Assembly: GCA_041493175.1 (NCBI GenBank)
Contig: JBGPYI010000001.1
Span: 1-27,216 of the forward strand
Length of the DNA: 27,216 bases
Direction: 5' to 3'
Source: Gaiellaceae bacterium
GTDB taxonomy: Bacteria > Actinomycetota > Thermoleophilia > Gaiellales > Gaiellaceae
Shown here: positions 1 through 8,959 of the stretch, piece after piece
Layout: the number at the start of each line of letters is the position of its first letter
Numbering within the stretch: position 1 is the first letter of the stretch
Program-made: the position numbers and the translations under genes
The notes under the pieces: generated by a model
The model's input: the letters and a program-made list of their open reading frames with translations, nothing else
Databases searched by the model: none
What the model was told of the DNA's origin: nothing

Positions 1-1
1 C

Positions 2-163
2 GCCAAGAAGCGCAGCAGCGCCAAGAAGCGCAGCACCGCGAAGAAGCGCAGCACCGCGAAGAAGCGCAGCACCGCGAAGAAGCGGGGCACGGCCAAGAAG
101 CGCAGCACGGCCAAGAAGCGGGGCACGGCCAAGAAGCGGGGCACCGCGAAGAAGCGGGGCACC
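2..163 (+). repeat. Nine tandem 18-bp coding repeats (AKKR[S/G][T/S])
   Basis: Units GC[C/G]AAGAAGCG[C/G][A/G]GCA[C/G]N counted directly at 2, 20, 38, 56, 74, 92, 110, 128 and 146. Confidence 0.95.
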
Positions 164-298
164 GCCAAGCGCCGCACGGCGAAGAAGCGGACCACTGCCA
201 AGCGCAGCACCACCAAGCGCCGCAGCACGGCCCGCCGCTCGACGGCGAAGCGCAAGACCGGCACCCGCCGGCGCACGACACGCCGCAAGACGCGGTAG
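2..298 (+). CDS. 3' end (5'-truncated) of a Lys/Arg/Ala/Thr-rich histone H1-like / basic nucleoid-associated protein or basic tail
   Basis: Frame from base 2 reads AKKRSS AKKRST... ending RRTTRRKTR-TAG (296-298). No acidic residues. Followed by an intrinsic terminator. Missing from the ORF track because it has no start codon in the window. Confidence 0.75.
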   Translation, partial: AKKRSSAKKRSTAKKRSTAKKRSTAKKRGTAKKRSTAKKRGTAKKRGTAKKRGTAKRRTAKKRTTAKRSTTKRRSTARRSTAKRKTGTRRRTTRRKTR

Positions 299-316
299 CT
301 CGAACATCAGCAGAAC

Positions 317-348
317 GAAAAAGGCCCCGCGCGAGCGGGGCCTTTTTC
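317..348. terminator. Bidirectional intrinsic terminator
   Basis: GAAAAA-GGCCCCGC-gcga-GCGGGGCC-TTTTTC between convergent stops at 298 and 369; A-tract and T-tract flank the stem. Confidence 0.9.
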
Positions 349-368
349 TGGCCGCAAGTCGTTGGACG

Positions 369-3119
369 CTAGGGACGGGCCAGTGTGATCGGCGGAGTCG
401 TGAAGGTCTCCCAGTCGGCCGCGTTGCTCGCATTGCCGAGCGCCTTGAGGACGCTCAGCTTGAGGATGTAGCGCCCGTTCGGGACGACCTTGCGATGGTC
501 GCCGTTCCCGCCGCCGTTGTCGTGCGATCGGGTGCCGTCCCAGTCGAACTCGAAGAAGGTCGTCGCCGTCGAGTTGCGGCCGAGGAAATCCTGCTGGGTG
601 ACGTAGTTGAACACCGGGTGCACCGCCGAGCCGTCCGCCTTGAAGACCTGGATGTTCAGCTTCCGCACCTGATGGTTCAGGTGGAAGAGCAGGATCGGGA
701 AGTCGCTTCCCTGCAGCGTGAACGTGGCGCCGGCCCCACCGAGGCGGGAGATGCCGGCGCCGAGGCAGGCGTCCGCGCTCCCGGCCTTGATCTGGAACAC
801 GGCCGGCAAGCTGCAGTTGGCGGCGGTCAGGACAGGTAGCGACTGGTAGTCGCCGAAGAACCCGACGTACGGGACGCGCAGCGTCACGCCGCCGCCCTGC
901 GGGGTCAGGACGACGTAGCCCCCGTAGAGGCTCTTGTCGCGCCAGGCGCCCGCCTGGATGTTCACGTTGACGGATGCACTTCCGCCCGCAGGGACCGTGA
1001 CGCTCGGCGAGCTGAATGTCGCCGCGTTGGCCCCGCCGAGATACGAGAAGTTGAACGGGTAGACGGTCCCGGCCACCGTCGAAGGGCCGGTGCCGATCGT
1101 CGTGACCTCGGAGAGGTCATACGTGATCGGCACGGCGGCGCCGTTCGTGACCGTCAGCTGAGAAGCGCCACCGTTGCCCTCGCCGAGCGAGATCTTGGCG
1201 GGCGTGACCCAGGCCGGAGTCGTGACCGCGTTGACGATCTGCGCGAGGCCGGCACCCTGCCGCCAGGTCGGCTCGAGGCCCGCGGCCGGGGCGATGTTCA
1301 CGCCCTTCGGCAGCGCGGTGTTCATGAGCAGTGTTCGCACCATCGCGGGTGAGATCTGCTTGTCCTTCGCCTGGAGCAGCAGCGCGGCGAGCCCGGCCAC
1401 GTGCGGCGACGACATCGAGGTGCCGCTGATCGTATTGTGGCCACCGAACTGCTGATGCGGCCAGGTCGAGTAGATCTGGCCGCCGGGGCCGCCGATGTCC
1501 GGCTTCAACCCGAGCTCGGCGTCGGTGCCGAACGAGCTGAAGTCCGAGATGAGACCGGCAGTTGCAAGCGGCGCCTCGAGGACCTGGTCGGTCCAGGTCA
1601 GCGTGTGATTCGCCGCGAGGCCGCTGAAGATCGATGCGCCGTCGGCCGCGGTGATCGCAGCGACGGGGATCGTGACGGGCTCCGCACCTGCGGGGACCGG
1701 CGCGACCGTCGGGTTGAGCGCTCCGGCAACGTTGTTGTAGAGCACGACGCCGATCGCACCCGCACGCTGCGCGTTGATCGCCTTGTTGTAGAAGCCGCAG
1801 CTGGGCGCGGGGGGCGGTGGGCTGCCCCTGCGGATGAGAGCGATCTTGCCGGTCAGCGTTCCGGCCGCCGGCGCGTTCACGCAGCCGTCGCCGACCGTGG
1901 CCGGCGTCCCGGTCGCGACGAGCTCGGCGCTGCCCGACTGCGGCACGGTCGCAAGCGAGCCGGCCGCGCGGTTGTACGTGTAGAGCTTCGTGCCAACGCT
2001 GAACGCCGGCAGGGTCGCCTTCCTGTTGTCGAACGAGGCCACACCGATGACGTTGCGCCCAACACCAGGCGCGCCGGCCGACCAGAGCTGGCCGCCGTTG
2101 ACGCCGCTGTTTCCGATCGAGGCGACGACGGTGACGCCCGCGCTGGCGAGGTTGTCGGCCGCGACGGCGGTCGGATACTGCGGCCAGTTGGTGAAGGACG
2201 AGCCGATGCTCATGTTGAGGACGTCTGCGTGGTCGGCGAGCGCCAGCTCCATCGCATGCACCATCACGTCGCTGTCCGTGCCGCCGTTGCAGCCAAAGAC
2301 CCTGTAGGCAAGCAGCTGCGCGCCCGGAGCGACACCGACGACCTGACCGTCAGCCGTGTGACCCCGGCCGTCCGCCGCGGCGATGCCCGCCACATGCGTC
2401 CCGTGGGCGGCGTCCGAGGTGCCGGCGCCGAGAACTTCCGCGCGGTCGGCGACGTCGGGATCGCAGGGAAGAGGATTGCCATCCGGTTGCGGAACCGGCT
2501 GGAAGGCCGGCCCCGGGGTCGCGTTGTAGGCGTCACCGACGAGGTCGAACCCGCCGCGCACCTTGCATCCCGGGCCGAAGCAGCCGCCGAACTCGGGGAG
2601 CGTGTAGTCGAGACCGCTGTCCATGATCGCGATCGTCACGCCGGAGCCGTCGAGCCCGAGCTCGTTCTGCGCGATGTCCGCGCCCGTGAGCCCAACCGCG
2701 TTCTTCAAATCGATGTCGGAGCCGCCGCCGTTCTCTGAGACGAGATCGGGCAGCGACAGCGTCTCGACCGGGTAGACGGCCTTCACGCCCGGAACCGAGC
2801 GGAGCGTGGCGACCTGCGTGGGAGCCACGGAGACGGAGACGCCGTTCCAGAGGGAGTCGTACGCGTAGCGCTCGGTAAGCTTGACGCCGTCGGCGGCCGC
2901 ATTGGCCTTGAACGCGTCGCGCTCGGCCTTGAGCGCCGCCTTGCTCGTGCCTTTCACCCCAGGCGGGCTTGCCAGCTCGACGAACCACTTGGTGGCCGTC
3001 TCGTTCGCCGCGCCGCCGATCTTGCCCATATTGGCGGATCCGTCGCCCGCACCAGCCGGTGCGACCGCAAGACAGGCGATGCAAAGAAGCGTAACCGCGA
3101 GCCGCAGAGTCCTACTCAA
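369..3119 (-). CDS. Secreted S8 subtilase (Vpr/C5a-peptidase-like): signal peptide, I9 propeptide, catalytic domain with PA insert, Fn3/Ig-like C-terminal domains
   Basis: Catalytic triad IAIMDSG / HGTHVAG / GTSMSSPHVAG; PA motif KIALIRRG...AGAIGVVLYNN; hydrophobic N-terminus; TTG start after a purine-rich GGAAGGG RBS. Confidence 0.92.
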   Translation of the reverse strand: MSRTLRLAVTLLCIACLAVAPAGAGDGSANMGKIGGAANETATKWFVELASPPGVKGTSKAALKAERDAFKANAAADGVKLTERYAYDSLWNGVSVSVAPTQVATLRSVPGVKAVYPVETLSLPDLVSENGGGSDIDLKNAVGLTGADIAQNELGLDGSGVTIAIMDSGLDYTLPEFGGCFGPGCKVRGGFDLVGDAYNATPGPAFQPVPQPDGNPLPCDPDVADRAEVLGAGTSDAAHGTHVAGIAAADGRGHTADGQVVGVAPGAQLLAYRVFGCNGGTDSDVMVHAMELALADHADVLNMSIGSSFTNWPQYPTAVAADNLASAGVTVVASIGNSGVNGGQLWSAGAPGVGRNVIGVASFDNRKATLPAFSVGTKLYTYNRAAGSLATVPQSGSAELVATGTPATVGDGCVNAPAAGTLTGKIALIRRGSPPPPAPSCGFYNKAINAQRAGAIGVVLYNNVAGALNPTVAPVPAGAEPVTIPVAAITAADGASIFSGLAANHTLTWTDQVLEAPLATAGLISDFSSFGTDAELGLKPDIGGPGGQIYSTWPHQQFGGHNTISGTSMSSPHVAGLAALLLQAKDKQISPAMVRTLLMNTALPKGVNIAPAAGLEPTWRQGAGLAQIVNAVTTPAWVTPAKISLGEGNGGASQLTVTNGAAVPITYDLSEVTTIGTGPSTVAGTVYPFNFSYLGGANAATFSSPSVTVPAGGSASVNVNIQAGAWRDKSLYGGYVVLTPQGGGVTLRVPYVGFFGDYQSLPVLTAANCSLPAVFQIKAGSADACLGAGISRLGGAGATFTLQGSDFPILLFHLNHQVRKLNIQVFKADGSAVHPVFNYVTQQDFLGRNSTATTFFEFDWDGTRSHDNGGGNGDHRKVVPNGRYILKLSVLKALGNASNAADWETFTTPPITLARP

Positions 3120-3186
3120 GTTCCCTTCCCCTTCCCTTCCGTTCCGTCAGTGTCAGAGCCCTGCCGAGACCCCCTCGGTAAGTCGG

Positions 3187-3215
3187 ATCGTGGGAGATAT
3201 CCAAACTCATGTCAA
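3187..3215 (-). promoter_or_regulatory. Sigma70-type promoter for subtilase 1
   Basis: TTGACA (3215-3210), 17-nt spacer, CACGAT (3192-3187). Confidence 0.6.
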
Positions 3216-3240
3216 GCAAGCTCTACCCCTTTCGGGGCAC

Positions 3241-3271
3241 GAAAAAGGGCCCCGCCGAAGCGGGGCCCTTT
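3241..3271 (-). terminator. Intrinsic terminator of subtilase 2
   Basis: GGGCCCCGC-cgaa-GCGGGGCCC stem; the A5 at 3242-3246 gives a U-tract on the minus strand, 26 nt after the stop at 3297. Confidence 0.85.
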
Positions 3272-3296
3272 CCGTCTTGCAAGTGGTGCTTTTGCG

Positions 3297-6284
3297 CTAG
3301 CTGTTGATGCGCACGATCGTCGAGCCGACGGTCGAGCTGCCGTTGCCGTAGTCGATGGCTCCGAGCCAGCGCTTGCCCGTAGCAAGCCCACTCCAGCTGA
3401 GCGTGAGCGTGCTGCTGCCGCCGACCGTAGCCGAGGCGGGCAGGCCCGAAACGGCCATGTTCCCCGCATCCGCCGAGCCGAGCTTCCACACGAACAGCGT
3501 GTAGTTCGCATCGGGCCCATCGGTCGCGAAGCCGTGGACGTAGACGGTGTAGTCGCCCGCCGCCGGATCCGCGAGGTCGACCTGCTCGTTCGCATCGCCG
3601 CCGCCGCTCGAGCCGACCAGGGTCCCCCCGCTGTTGTACACGTAGAGGTCGATGTCGTCGTTGCCGTCGGTGGCGTCGTTGAACGTGGAGATGCGGGCCA
3701 GCGTGGTCCCGGCCGGGACGTTGATGACCGTCTTCGTCGTCCCGGGGCCGTCCTTCACGAAGTGGTCCGTGGGATCGTCTACGACGGTCTGGTTGAACGC
3801 GTCGGCCGGAATCAGCCCACGCTTCGCGATCGTGAGCGGGCCGTTGTAGCCCGTCGTGATCGAGAAGCTCGTGCTCCCACTCGCGCCCGTGCCGCTGAGA
3901 CTCCCGGGTGCGGCGATCGCCACGGGGCGAATCGCAACGGGGCTGCGGACGCTGTGAGCACCGTCACTCCAGGTGATGAAACCCTGGGTGTAGGCGTTCA
4001 GCGTCGCGGTCGTCGTCGTGAACTGGACCGTGTACGACTTCGACTCGCCCCGGTTGAGGGTCAGGCTCGAAGGCGTGATCACGACGTCGAGCCCTGCGAG
4101 ACCCGACTTCGAGACGTTGTACGTCGCAGCCGACGAGCCGACGTTGGTCACGGTCCTCGTGATCGTCTGCGTCCCCGCCAGGTCGCCGATGGCGATGGAG
4201 GGAAGGTTCAGGTCACTCGGATCGATCTTCAGGGTGGCGCAGCTCGGGCTGACGAGCTGGCCCGTGCCGCACAGGAAGCCGAAGTACTTCAGGAACCCGC
4301 CGCTCTTGTAGACGAGGCCCGGGTCGATGGCAGAGGTGCCGTTGACCTGGCCCGCGCCCTGGCTGAACAGGTTGCGGTTGGCAGCGCCGGGACGCAGGTC
4401 GACCGCGGTCGTGATCATCGCCGACTTGATCATGTCGGGCGTCCAGTCACGGTGTGCCTGGATCAGGTCGGCCGCGATCCCGGTGATGTGCGGGGCCGAC
4501 ATCGACGTGCCGCTCTCGAGGTCGAAGTCGCGACCCTGGTGGTTCGGGGGCGCAACTGCCGCCAGGACGTCCTGGCCCGGAGCCGTGATGTCCGGCTTGA
4601 GCTGGTCGCCGGAGGCGAGGCTCGGTCCGCGCGATGAAAACACCGCGATATCGGGCGCCGGAACGGCGTTGTTGATGACGCCCTGAGCGATTGTCGCAGT
4701 GGCCGTTGCACCGGCCAGGGCGATGTAGTTCAGGATCGTCGGGCGGTCGGTGTTCTGGATGTGCACCGTCGGGATCACGTGCAGGTCGGCGTTGAGCGAG
4801 TTGGCCGTCACGTTGGCCAACACCATCCCGACTCCGCCGGCACTCTTCACGACGTCGCTCTTCTCGACGCGCGCGTTGACGCCGCGGTCGCAGACCACGA
4901 TCTTGCCGGCCACCTTGGCTGCATCGAGCGAGGCCGGGAAGCACAGCTTGGCGTCGGCGAGAGGTGCCGCCGCCGTCTTCACGTCACCCGCGTAGACGAG
5001 CGGCGCCGGACCGACGCCCGGCGTCAGCGATGCACCCGTGATTACGGTGCCGTCGCCGAGCGTTACCTTGCCGTCACCGCCGCGGGAGTGCGTGCCCGCT
5101 GCAACGGTCATCAGCCACGGGCCGGCGTGCGCGACGGTGCTCGCCGTCGGACCGCTGTTTCCGGCCGAGGCGGACACGAAGATGCCTGCATCTTCCGCGA
5201 AAAGGAACGCAACCTCAGGCGCGGAGAGGAAGCTCGTCGTCGAGCCGCTGATCGAGTAGTTGATGACGTCCACGCCGTCCGCGACGGCCTGGTCGATCGC
5301 TGCGACGAGGTCGGTGGTCGTCCCGCTCGCGGTGGAGTGGTCGGCCGACTCGTAGAGCGCCTTGTACACCGAGATCCGTGCGCGAGGCGCCATACCGCTG
5401 ATCTTGCCGAGCGCGGTCGCGATCCCGGTTGCCTGCACGCCGTTGTTGCCGCCGGCCGTGCTGGCCGTGTGCGAGCCGTGACCGTCGAAGTCACGCGGCG
5501 AGAGGTACTCCTCCGGAATGATGTTGTCCTGCCCGTAGCCCGCGGCGAACCACTGTGCGCCGATGAGCTTCTGGTTGCACATCGAGGCGTTGAAGGCCTC
5601 GCCCGGCGTGCACTTCGCATGCCAGCCTGGAATCTGCTGGTAGTTGAGCTTCCCCTCGACGCCGTTCGGGTTGGAGCCCGTTCGGTCACTGAAGCTGAGG
5701 GCCTCCGGCCAGACGCCGGTGTCGACGTCGCCGATGACGACGTCCTCACCAGCCTTGCCGACGCCGCCGAGCTTGTCCCACAGACCGCCTGGCTGAGACA
5801 GGCCCAGGAACGACGGCGTCGTCGACGTGTCGACCGTGTAGGTCTGCTGCTTCTCGACGGTCAGAACGTTGGGAAGCGCCTCGAGCTTCGCGACTTGATC
5901 CTTCGACAACGTTGCGGCGAAGCCGTTGAAGCTGTAGCGGTAGTCGTAGACCTTCTTGCCGTTGCCGACTGCTGCCAGCGCCTCGTCGTGCTTCGAGTCG
6001 AGGTAGCCGACGTACTTCACGACGTCCGGATCACGGTCGTCGATCTTCTTACCCTTCGCCGGACGCGTTGCCTTGTAGCCCGGAACCCCACCGTCGTAGG
6101 CGACGACCGGGCTCTGGATCATCCGGACGATGTAGTTCGAGCTCGCCTGGTTGATCTTTCCCTGTGCCTTGGTGGCGTCGTCGTCGCCTGTGCGTGCGCT
6201 TGCCGAACCAGCCACAACCATCGTGGCGACAAGCCCGAGCGCGGCGACGAACGTTCCTGCGCGCCGAATCTTGCGCTTCAACAT
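3297..6284 (-). CDS. Secreted S8 subtilase, plant/cucumisin-like: signal peptide, I9, PA, Fn3-like and PPC-like domains
   Basis: Triad VIGDVDTGVWPE / GHGSHTAST / GTSMSAPHITG; PA motif KIVVCDRG; PPC-like DIDLYVY...DYTVYVHGF. Start moved to the ATG at 6284 (MLKRKIRR...) behind GAGGGGAG. Confidence 0.92.
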   Translation of the reverse strand: MLKRKIRRAGTFVAALGLVATMVVAGSASARTGDDDATKAQGKINQASSNYIVRMIQSPVVAYDGGVPGYKATRPAKGKKIDDRDPDVVKYVGYLDSKHDEALAAVGNGKKVYDYRYSFNGFAATLSKDQVAKLEALPNVLTVEKQQTYTVDTSTTPSFLGLSQPGGLWDKLGGVGKAGEDVVIGDVDTGVWPEALSFSDRTGSNPNGVEGKLNYQQIPGWHAKCTPGEAFNASMCNQKLIGAQWFAAGYGQDNIIPEEYLSPRDFDGHGSHTASTAGGNNGVQATGIATALGKISGMAPRARISVYKALYESADHSTASGTTTDLVAAIDQAVADGVDVINYSISGSTTSFLSAPEVAFLFAEDAGIFVSASAGNSGPTASTVAHAGPWLMTVAAGTHSRGGDGKVTLGDGTVITGASLTPGVGPAPLVYAGDVKTAAAPLADAKLCFPASLDAAKVAGKIVVCDRGVNARVEKSDVVKSAGGVGMVLANVTANSLNADLHVIPTVHIQNTDRPTILNYIALAGATATATIAQGVINNAVPAPDIAVFSSRGPSLASGDQLKPDITAPGQDVLAAVAPPNHQGRDFDLESGTSMSAPHITGIAADLIQAHRDWTPDMIKSAMITTAVDLRPGAANRNLFSQGAGQVNGTSAIDPGLVYKSGGFLKYFGFLCGTGQLVSPSCATLKIDPSDLNLPSIAIGDLAGTQTITRTVTNVGSSAATYNVSKSGLAGLDVVITPSSLTLNRGESKSYTVQFTTTTATLNAYTQGFITWSDGAHSVRSPVAIRPVAIAAPGSLSGTGASGSTSFSITTGYNGPLTIAKRGLIPADAFNQTVVDDPTDHFVKDGPGTTKTVINVPAGTTLARISTFNDATDGNDDIDLYVYNSGGTLVGSSGGGDANEQVDLADPAAGDYTVYVHGFATDGPDANYTLFVWKLGSADAGNMAVSGLPASATVGGSSTLTLSWSGLATGKRWLGAIDYGNGSSTVGSTIVRINS

Positions 6285-6358
6285 CTCTCCCCTCTCGCTT
6301 TTTCGTAGGCCGGCGCCTGCCAGCAGGCAACGCGCCTGAGCCCCCACTCAGACCGGGG

Positions 6359-6387
6359 ATGGTCCCCAAATCTGTGCGAAAAGTCAA
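6359..6387 (-). promoter_or_regulatory. Sigma70-type promoter for subtilase 2
   Basis: TTGACT (6387-6382), 17-nt spacer, GACCAT (6364-6359). Confidence 0.55.
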
Positions 6388-6429
6388 GGTCGATCGGTGA
6401 ACCTGGAGGTAGGCAGCGGACTCGGAAAA

Positions 6430-6502
6430 TGGGCGGTACTGGGCTCGAACCAGTGACCCCCAGCTTGTCGAGCTGGTGCTCTCCCAACTGAGCTAACCGC
6501 CC
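6430..6502 (-). tRNA. trnV: tRNA-Val (anticodon GAC), CCA not encoded
   Basis: 73-nt cloverleaf: GGGCGGT/ACCGCCC acceptor stem, GCTC/GAGC D stem, CCAGC-TCGACAA-GCTGG anticodon arm, ACTGG-TTCGAGC-CCAGT T arm, discriminator A. Confidence 0.97.
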
Positions 6503-6515
6503 TGGAGAAGCGGCA

Positions 6516-6521
6516 AGTCTA
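6516..6521 (-). promoter_or_regulatory. -10 element for the tRNA
   Basis: TAGACT 13 nt upstream of the mature 5' end; no clear -35. Confidence 0.5.
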
Positions 6522-6529
6522 GCCGAGGA

Positions 6530-7747
6530 TCAGAAGATCTCCGGGCACCAGGGATGGCGGTCCCAGCGAAAGAGCGCGTCCGCCCGTTCGATCGCACCGG
6601 CTTTCAGCTCGACCACCCGGCCGGAGCGAAGGAGCGCGGCGAACGAGACGCCGCCGAGCAGCGCGGAGCCGAGCGACTGCACGGGCAGCGACAGCTCGGG
6701 TGCATCTTGGCTGCGCTCGGCCCGGCCTCCTGCCAGTTTCCACCGTCCCTCGTTCCACGGGCAGAACTCGTCCGCAACGTCGAAGACGATCGACCCGTCG
6801 CCCGAATACCTCCGGCCCGAGAGCGCCGAGCCGACGTCGACGAGCCGGACCCAGATTCCGTCGCCCATCCGGTAGCGCATGCGCCGCGGCGTCGCCAGCA
6901 GCAGGAACAGTGGATGGTCGGGCGGCAGAAAAGAGGACTTGACGGACGCGACCCAGTCGACGGCGAGCAGGTAGGCCCAGAGATCGCGCAGCGCTTCCGG
7001 CGACGTGCCGAGGGCCTCGAGGACTCGCAGCTCCGCATTCGTCGTGCCCGCCTCGAAGCCCGGTTTGTGCCGGTACACGGCGTAGCCCTCGACCGACCCG
7101 TCGCGCTCGTATGCGACCCAGCGCTTCGGACCAGCGCCGTCGCGGCGTTCCTCGGGATCGGCGATCTCGCGGTTCTCCCACCAGACGCTGTTCCGCGAGA
7201 ACATGCCGGGCCACTCGGGCCGGATGCGCTCGAAGACCGGCGGGATCGCCTCCTGGGCCTCTTCCGGATCGATCAGCCGCAGCGTTCCCTGCGGCTCGAA
7301 CGGGTGCGCGAATCCGGTGTGCTCTCGCGCGAGCGTGATCTCGCCGCAGAACGATGCAAGCCCGTAGCCGAAGCGGCCGTAGATCGACTCCTCGGACGCC
7401 CACAGCGCGGCGAGTGGTTCCCCGCGTTCGTGTGCATCGTCCAGCTGGGAGCGCATGAGGGCGCGCAACACACCGCGACGGCGATGGGTCGGCAGCACGC
7501 CGACGACGGTCACACCAGCGGTCCGAAGCTCGCCGCCGGGAACAGTGAGGTTGAAGTCGAACGCTCCCGCACCGCCGACGATCGCTCCGTTCGACCACGC
7601 CGCGTGCATGCGCTCGAGCGGCAGCAGGTCCGTGAAGCGCTGCATCCGCTCCTCGTTCGGGACCATGCCGAAGTACTGGCCGATCGCGAAGACCGCGCTC
7701 GTGAACTCGTCGAGGTCCTCGACAGGCCGGACGTCGAATGCCGTCAG
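6530..7747 (-). CDS. eis: Eis-family GNAT acetyltransferase (paralog 2) with C-terminal SCP-2-like domain; probable non-canonical CTG start
   Basis: VGVLPTHRRRGVL acetyl-CoA motif, LWASEESIYGRFGYG, C-terminal WCPEIF. The ORF-track extension to 8389 is a shadow overlapping paralog 1. Confidence 0.88.
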   Translation of the reverse strand: MTAFDVRPVEDLDEFTSAVFAIGQYFGMVPNEERMQRFTDLLPLERMHAAWSNGAIVGGAGAFDFNLTVPGGELRTAGVTVVGVLPTHRRRGVLRALMRSQLDDAHERGEPLAALWASEESIYGRFGYGLASFCGEITLAREHTGFAHPFEPQGTLRLIDPEEAQEAIPPVFERIRPEWPGMFSRNSVWWENREIADPEERRDGAGPKRWVAYERDGSVEGYAVYRHKPGFEAGTTNAELRVLEALGTSPEALRDLWAYLLAVDWVASVKSSFLPPDHPLFLLLATPRRMRYRMGDGIWVRLVDVGSALSGRRYSGDGSIVFDVADEFCPWNEGRWKLAGGRAERSQDAPELSLPVQSLGSALLGGVSFAALLRSGRVVELKAGAIERADALFRWDRHPWCPEIF

Positions 7748-8955
7748 AAGTCCTCCGGACAGTACGGCGGGCGGGACGTGCGGAAGAGGTCGCTCGCCCG
7801 TTGGAGCGCACCGGGCTTCAGCTCGCGCGCGCGCTCCGCCGCCCCGAGCTCGTTGAAGTCGAAGGCGCCGAGATAGGCGGAGGCAAGGTCGGCTGTGTCG
7901 AGCTCGAGGTCGGCTTCGTCGTCGGTTCGTTCCACCGTCTTGCCGATCCGCCAGCGGCCCGCGTTCCAGGGGCAGAACGAATCTTCCACGTCGACGACGA
8001 CCGCGTCGTCGCCCGTGTACGTACGCCCGGCGAGTGCCGCCCCGAGATCGACGAAGCGGAGCCACAGACCCTCGGAGACCTTCAGGTGGAGGCTGCGCGG
8101 GTCGGTCACCATCAGAAAGAGCGGCGAGCCGGGGTCGAATTTCCCCTGCACGCGGACGACGAGGTCGATCCCGTAGACGAATCGGTAGAGCTCGCGCGTC
8201 GCCGCCGGTGACGTGGCGACCGCCTCGATCAGCCGAACCTGGCTCTGCGAGAACCCGTCCTGCCAGTCGGACTTGATGCGGTAGATCGCGTAACCGACCG
8301 GCTCGCCGTCGAACTCGAGTACGGCCGAGAACTTCGGGCCCGCCCCGCGGCGCCAGTGCTCCGGATCCGCGAGCCGAGCGAGTTCCCACCCGTCGGAGTC
8401 CCGTGCTACGAAACCCGGGATCTCGCGCCGGACGGCGTCGTAGACCTGCGGCAGCACCTGCAGCGCCTCTGCGGCATCGAGGATCCTGACCGCGCCCGTG
8501 GGGCCGGGATCGTCGCGGTACGAGAATCTCGCGGTCTCGCCGTCCATCGAGACCGCGGGCGCGGCGACTCCGTAGCCGAAGCGCCCGTAGATGAGGGGCT
8601 CGGACGCGTAGAGGATCGCCAGCGGCTCGCCGCGGTCGCGCAGGTCTTCGAGTTGCCGCTTCATCAATTCCCTGAGGATGCCGCGGCGCCGGTGGCTCGG
8701 GAGGACTCCGACCCAGGTGACACCGCCTGCGGCCAGCTCACCCCCTGGAACGGTCAGCCGAAACGGGAAAGAGGTAGTTGTGCCGACCGGCCGATCACCG
8801 TCATAGGCAGCGAACCAGCGGTCGCGCGAGAGCATCTTGCTGAACCGCTCGAACTCGCCCTCGCGTTGCTCCTCGCCGAACGCCGCCTCGCCGGCCTGCA
8901 TGGCCGCACGCAGCTCGTCATCCGCCGGATTCCGGATCTCTACGGCCACACGCAT
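7744..8955 (-). CDS. eis: Eis-family GNAT acetyltransferase (paralog 1)
   Basis: VGVLPSHRRRGIL, LYASEPLIYGRFGYG, C-terminal YCPEDF. The true start may be the GTG at 8949 (leaderless). Confidence 0.9.
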   Translation of the reverse strand: MRVAVEIRNPADDELRAAMQAGEAAFGEEQREGEFERFSKMLSRDRWFAAYDGDRPVGTTTSFPFRLTVPGGELAAGGVTWVGVLPSHRRRGILRELMKRQLEDLRDRGEPLAILYASEPLIYGRFGYGVAAPAVSMDGETARFSYRDDPGPTGAVRILDAAEALQVLPQVYDAVRREIPGFVARDSDGWELARLADPEHWRRGAGPKFSAVLEFDGEPVGYAIYRIKSDWQDGFSQSQVRLIEAVATSPAATRELYRFVYGIDLVVRVQGKFDPGSPLFLMVTDPRSLHLKVSEGLWLRFVDLGAALAGRTYTGDDAVVVDVEDSFCPWNAGRWRIGKTVERTDDEADLELDTADLASAYLGAFDFNELGAAERARELKPGALQRASDLFRTSRPPYCPEDF

Positions 8956-8959
8956 GACC

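Noticed and set aside
2-163. 18-bp tandem repeats as a CRISPR array
   Set aside because: The units are contiguous with no unique spacers, vary at synonymous positions and encode an in-frame peptide; no cas genes are present.
3150-6308. Long plus-strand ORFs (3150..4637, 4761..6308, 1401..2738), and similarly 8837..11131, 16600..17658, 21648..22730, 22775..24013 and 25152..26117
   Set aside because: Antisense shadows of real high-GC genes; Arg/Gly/Ala/Val-rich with no recognisable motifs.
6296-6336. Hairpin with an adjacent T-run in the subtilase 2 leader as a terminator
   Set aside because: The orientation is wrong: the stem is followed by A's on the coding strand and preceded by T's on the other.
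6390-6502. tRNA-Val as the attachment site of an integrated element carrying the proteases
   Set aside because: No integrase, and I found no duplicate of the tRNA 3' end in the window. An att copy outside the window cannot be excluded.
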